From NCBI GenBank assembly GCA_964403885.1, contig CAYOHY010000005.1:5949-69948 (forward strand): a stretch of 64,000 bases of DNA. Reading direction: 5' to 3'. Shown piece by piece: positions 61,108 through 64,000 of the stretch. The notes under the pieces are model-generated. The model was not told the DNA's origin. It saw nothing but the letters and a program-made list of their open reading frames with translations, and did not search any database. A program made the translations under genes and the position numbers. Source of the DNA: an uncultured Eubacteriales bacterium (GTDB lineage: Bacteria; Actinomycetota; Coriobacteriia; Anaerosomatales; PHET01). The first letter of the stretch is position 1; each line of letters opens with the position of its first letter.

Positions 61108-61171
61108 CCTGTATCCCTGAGGGGATACGCGCTTCACGGGAGTATGGAAACGCCCGGCACCGTGGTCGGCG

Positions 61172-61201
61172 TTGACACCCGAGAAGCGTATGCATTACTA
61201 T
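61172..61201 (+). promoter_or_regulatory. Sigma70-type promoter of the tRNA-tuf operon
   Basis: TTGACA (61172-61177), 18-nt spacer, TACTAT (61196-61201). Confidence 0.65.
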
Positions 61202-61278
61202 CCCCTCTGCCTTTGCCGAGGCGCTTTCTCGGCACGCAACTTGAAAAGCGCAGACAGGTTCTATTTTTTTGTGTTCAT

Positions 61279-61363
61279 GGGGGTGTGCCCGAGTGGCTAA
61301 AGGGGACGGGCTGTAAACCCGTTGGCTATGCCTACGATGGTTCGAATCCATCCGCCCCCACCA
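61279..61363 (+). tRNA. tRNA-Tyr(GTA)
   Basis: acggg-ctGTAaa-cccgt, long variable arm, encoded CCA. Confidence 0.95.
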
Positions 61364-61403
61364 TGCACACACTCGCGGACCACGCGTTCGCGTTATGTAA
61401 CAC

Positions 61404-61479
<76 letters not shown>

Positions 61480-61511
61480 CCGAACCGCACTGCGGCGGGA
61501 CGAACACCAAT

Positions 61512-61588
61512 GGCGGTGTAGCTCAGCTGGTCAGAGCACGCGGTTCATACCCGCGGCGTCGCTGGTTCGAGTCCAGCCACCGCTACCA
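61512..61588 (+). tRNA. tRNA-Met(CAT), probably elongator
   Basis: cgcgg-ttCATac-ccgcg, GGCGGTG acceptor stem, encoded CCA. Confidence 0.93.
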
Positions 61589-61728
61589 GGTTCTACACGC
61601 CGCGCGAGCGGCGTTTCGAATAACGCATGCACGCGCGAAGCACATGGAACGCACGAGAGAAGACGGACCGCGGCCGGCGCCCTGAAGGGGCCGGCTCCGT
61701 CGCAAGAGGTCCTTGAAGGAGGAGACTC

Positions 61729-62916
<1,188 letters not shown>

Positions 62917-62938
62917 CAATCGCTTCGCAGCGAATTGT

Positions 62939-62969
62939 GCGGGGCCCGGCATGCGCCGGGCCCCGTTTC
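62939..62969 (+). terminator. Probable terminator after tuf
   Basis: gcggggcccggc-atgc-gccgggccccg followed by tttc. Confidence 0.65.
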
Positions 62970-63078
62970 GCCGCCACTGGTTGGCGGCACCTGAGTTTGA
63001 CAGTGCAGAAAACCGGGTGCTAAAGTACCCACCCGCGCCTGTGCCCGAAGGGCGCCGGACGCGGACCGAGGAGGATCC

Positions 63079-63228
63079 ATGCGAACGCTGGTGACGCTGG
63101 CGTGCACAGAGTGCAAGCGCCGCAACTACACCACTAACAAGAACAAGCAGTCGAATCCTGAGCGCATCGAGTTCAAGAAGTACTGCAAGTGGTGCAAGAC
63201 CCACACGGTGCACAAGGAAACCCGCTAG
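63079..63228 (+). CDS. rpmG: 50S ribosomal protein L33 (Zn-ribbon form)
   Basis: [49 protein letters not shown]. Below the ORF-track length cutoff. Confidence 0.96.
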   Translation: MRTLVTLACTECKRRNYTTNKNKQSNPERIEFKKYCKWCKTHTVHKETR

Positions 63229-63251
63229 CACCGAGTGGCCTGCAATGACGT

Positions 63252-63328
63252 AGGCCAGTAGCTCCAATTGGTAGAGCGCCGGTCTCCAAAACCGGATGTT
63301 GGGGGTTCGAGTCCCTCCTGGCCTGCCA
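63252..63328 (+). tRNA. tRNA-Trp(CCA)
   Basis: ccggt-ctCCAaa-accgg, encoded CCA. Confidence 0.96.
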
Positions 63329-63408
63329 GTCACACCCCGTCGCGGCCCAGGCCGCGACGTTTGTTGAACGGCGACATCACCGATGTCGCGAGACGGACGG
63401 AAGAAGAT

Positions 63409-63684
63409 ATGGCCAAGGCAATCAACGCCGATACAAAGCAGCCGGCCAAGACCGACAAGGCCAAGGCTGCCAAGCCGGATAAGCCGGGCTTCTTTGCCCG
63501 TATCGGTCAGTACTTCCGTGATGTTCGCTCCGAGATGAAGCGCGTCGTATGGCCGCAGCGTCCGGAGGTCATCAACTCCAGCGTGGTCGTAGTGGTCACG
63601 CTGCTCTTCTTCACCGCCCTGACGTTCGTGGTGGACGCGATCGTCGTCGAGGCGCTCAAACTCCTGACCCAGATCGGAAGCTAG
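63409..63684 (+). CDS. secE: Preprotein translocase subunit
   Basis: YFRDVRSEMKRVVWP.R.E followed by one TM helix. Confidence 0.94.
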   Translation: MAKAINADTKQPAKTDKAKAAKPDKPGFFARIGQYFRDVRSEMKRVVWPQRPEVINSSVVVVVTLLFFTALTFVVDAIVVEALKLLTQIGS

Positions 63685-63690
63685 GGCATC

Positions 63691-64000
63691 ATGGCGAAGA
63701 AGTGGTACGTCATCCACACGTACTCCGGGTACGAGAACAAGGTCCGGACGAACCTGCTCCATCGCATCGAGTCGATGGGTATGCAGGACAAGATCTTCGA
63801 CGTGAAGATCCCTACCGAGACCGTCACGGACATCAAGGAGGGTGGCCGCAAGGTCACTTCCGAGAAGAAGGTCTTCCCGGGCTACATCCTTGTGCAGACC
63901 GAGCTTGACGACGAGTCGTGGTACGTCGTGCGCAACACGCCTGGCGTGACCGGCTTCGTCGGCAGCCAGGGCAAGCCCGTGCCGCTTTCGCGCGACGAGT
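63691..64000 (+). CDS. nusG: Transcription termination/antitermination factor (3' end outside window)
   Basis: MAKKWYVIHTYSGYENKV, KVFPGYILV, WYVVRNTPGVTGFVG. Confidence 0.96.
   Translation, partial: MAKKWYVIHTYSGYENKVRTNLLHRIESMGMQDKIFDVKIPTETVTDIKEGGRKVTSEKKVFPGYILVQTELDDESWYVVRNTPGVTGFVGSQGKPVPLSRDE

Noticed and set aside
58238-61278. Integrative element at tRNA-Thr(TGT)
   Set aside because: There is no integrase and I could not find a duplicated tRNA 3' end (attR), so it is reported only as a gene block.

Overview
High-GC, gene-dense chromosomal window from a Gram-positive-type anaerobe. By inference it is most likely a Coriobacteriia/OPB41-like actinobacterium: it has an L,D-transpeptidase, DisA, Rex, ClpC, an actinobacterial-type tRNA-Tyr/Thr/Met-tuf-rpmG-Trp-secE-nusG block and many multiheme cytochromes. 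1-13079 is a respiratory/surface locus. It starts with a group 1 [NiFe]-hydrogenase (small subunit truncated by the window edge; large subunit with no C-terminal extension) co-transcribed with an OmcS-like hexaheme cytochrome. A degenerate P-loop-like protein, a 14-heme cytochrome with an FG-GAP propeller, a TPR-like exported protein and a large Ig-repeat protein follow. 14275-23030 is a complete chemosensory cluster ending in a diguanylate cyclase. 23000-31000 holds cell-wall enzymes and a PilT-family ATPase. 31029-32845 is a ferredoxin / unannotated UGA-readthrough (selenoprotein) / DUF362 operon behind a CsoR-family-type operator. 34687-36813 encodes a membrane-anchored 24-heme cytochrome. 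43000-64000 is mostly housekeeping (rex, tatA, greA, lysS, clpC, radA, disA, ispDF, cysES, rlmB, sigH, tuf, rpmG, secE, nusG, tRNAs), with a cyclase / cNMP-binding / nuclease-fold trio sitting between tRNA-Thr(TGT) and tRNA-Tyr. I saw no CRISPR array, rRNA, transposase or integrase. All family calls come from motif reading by eye, not from database searches.
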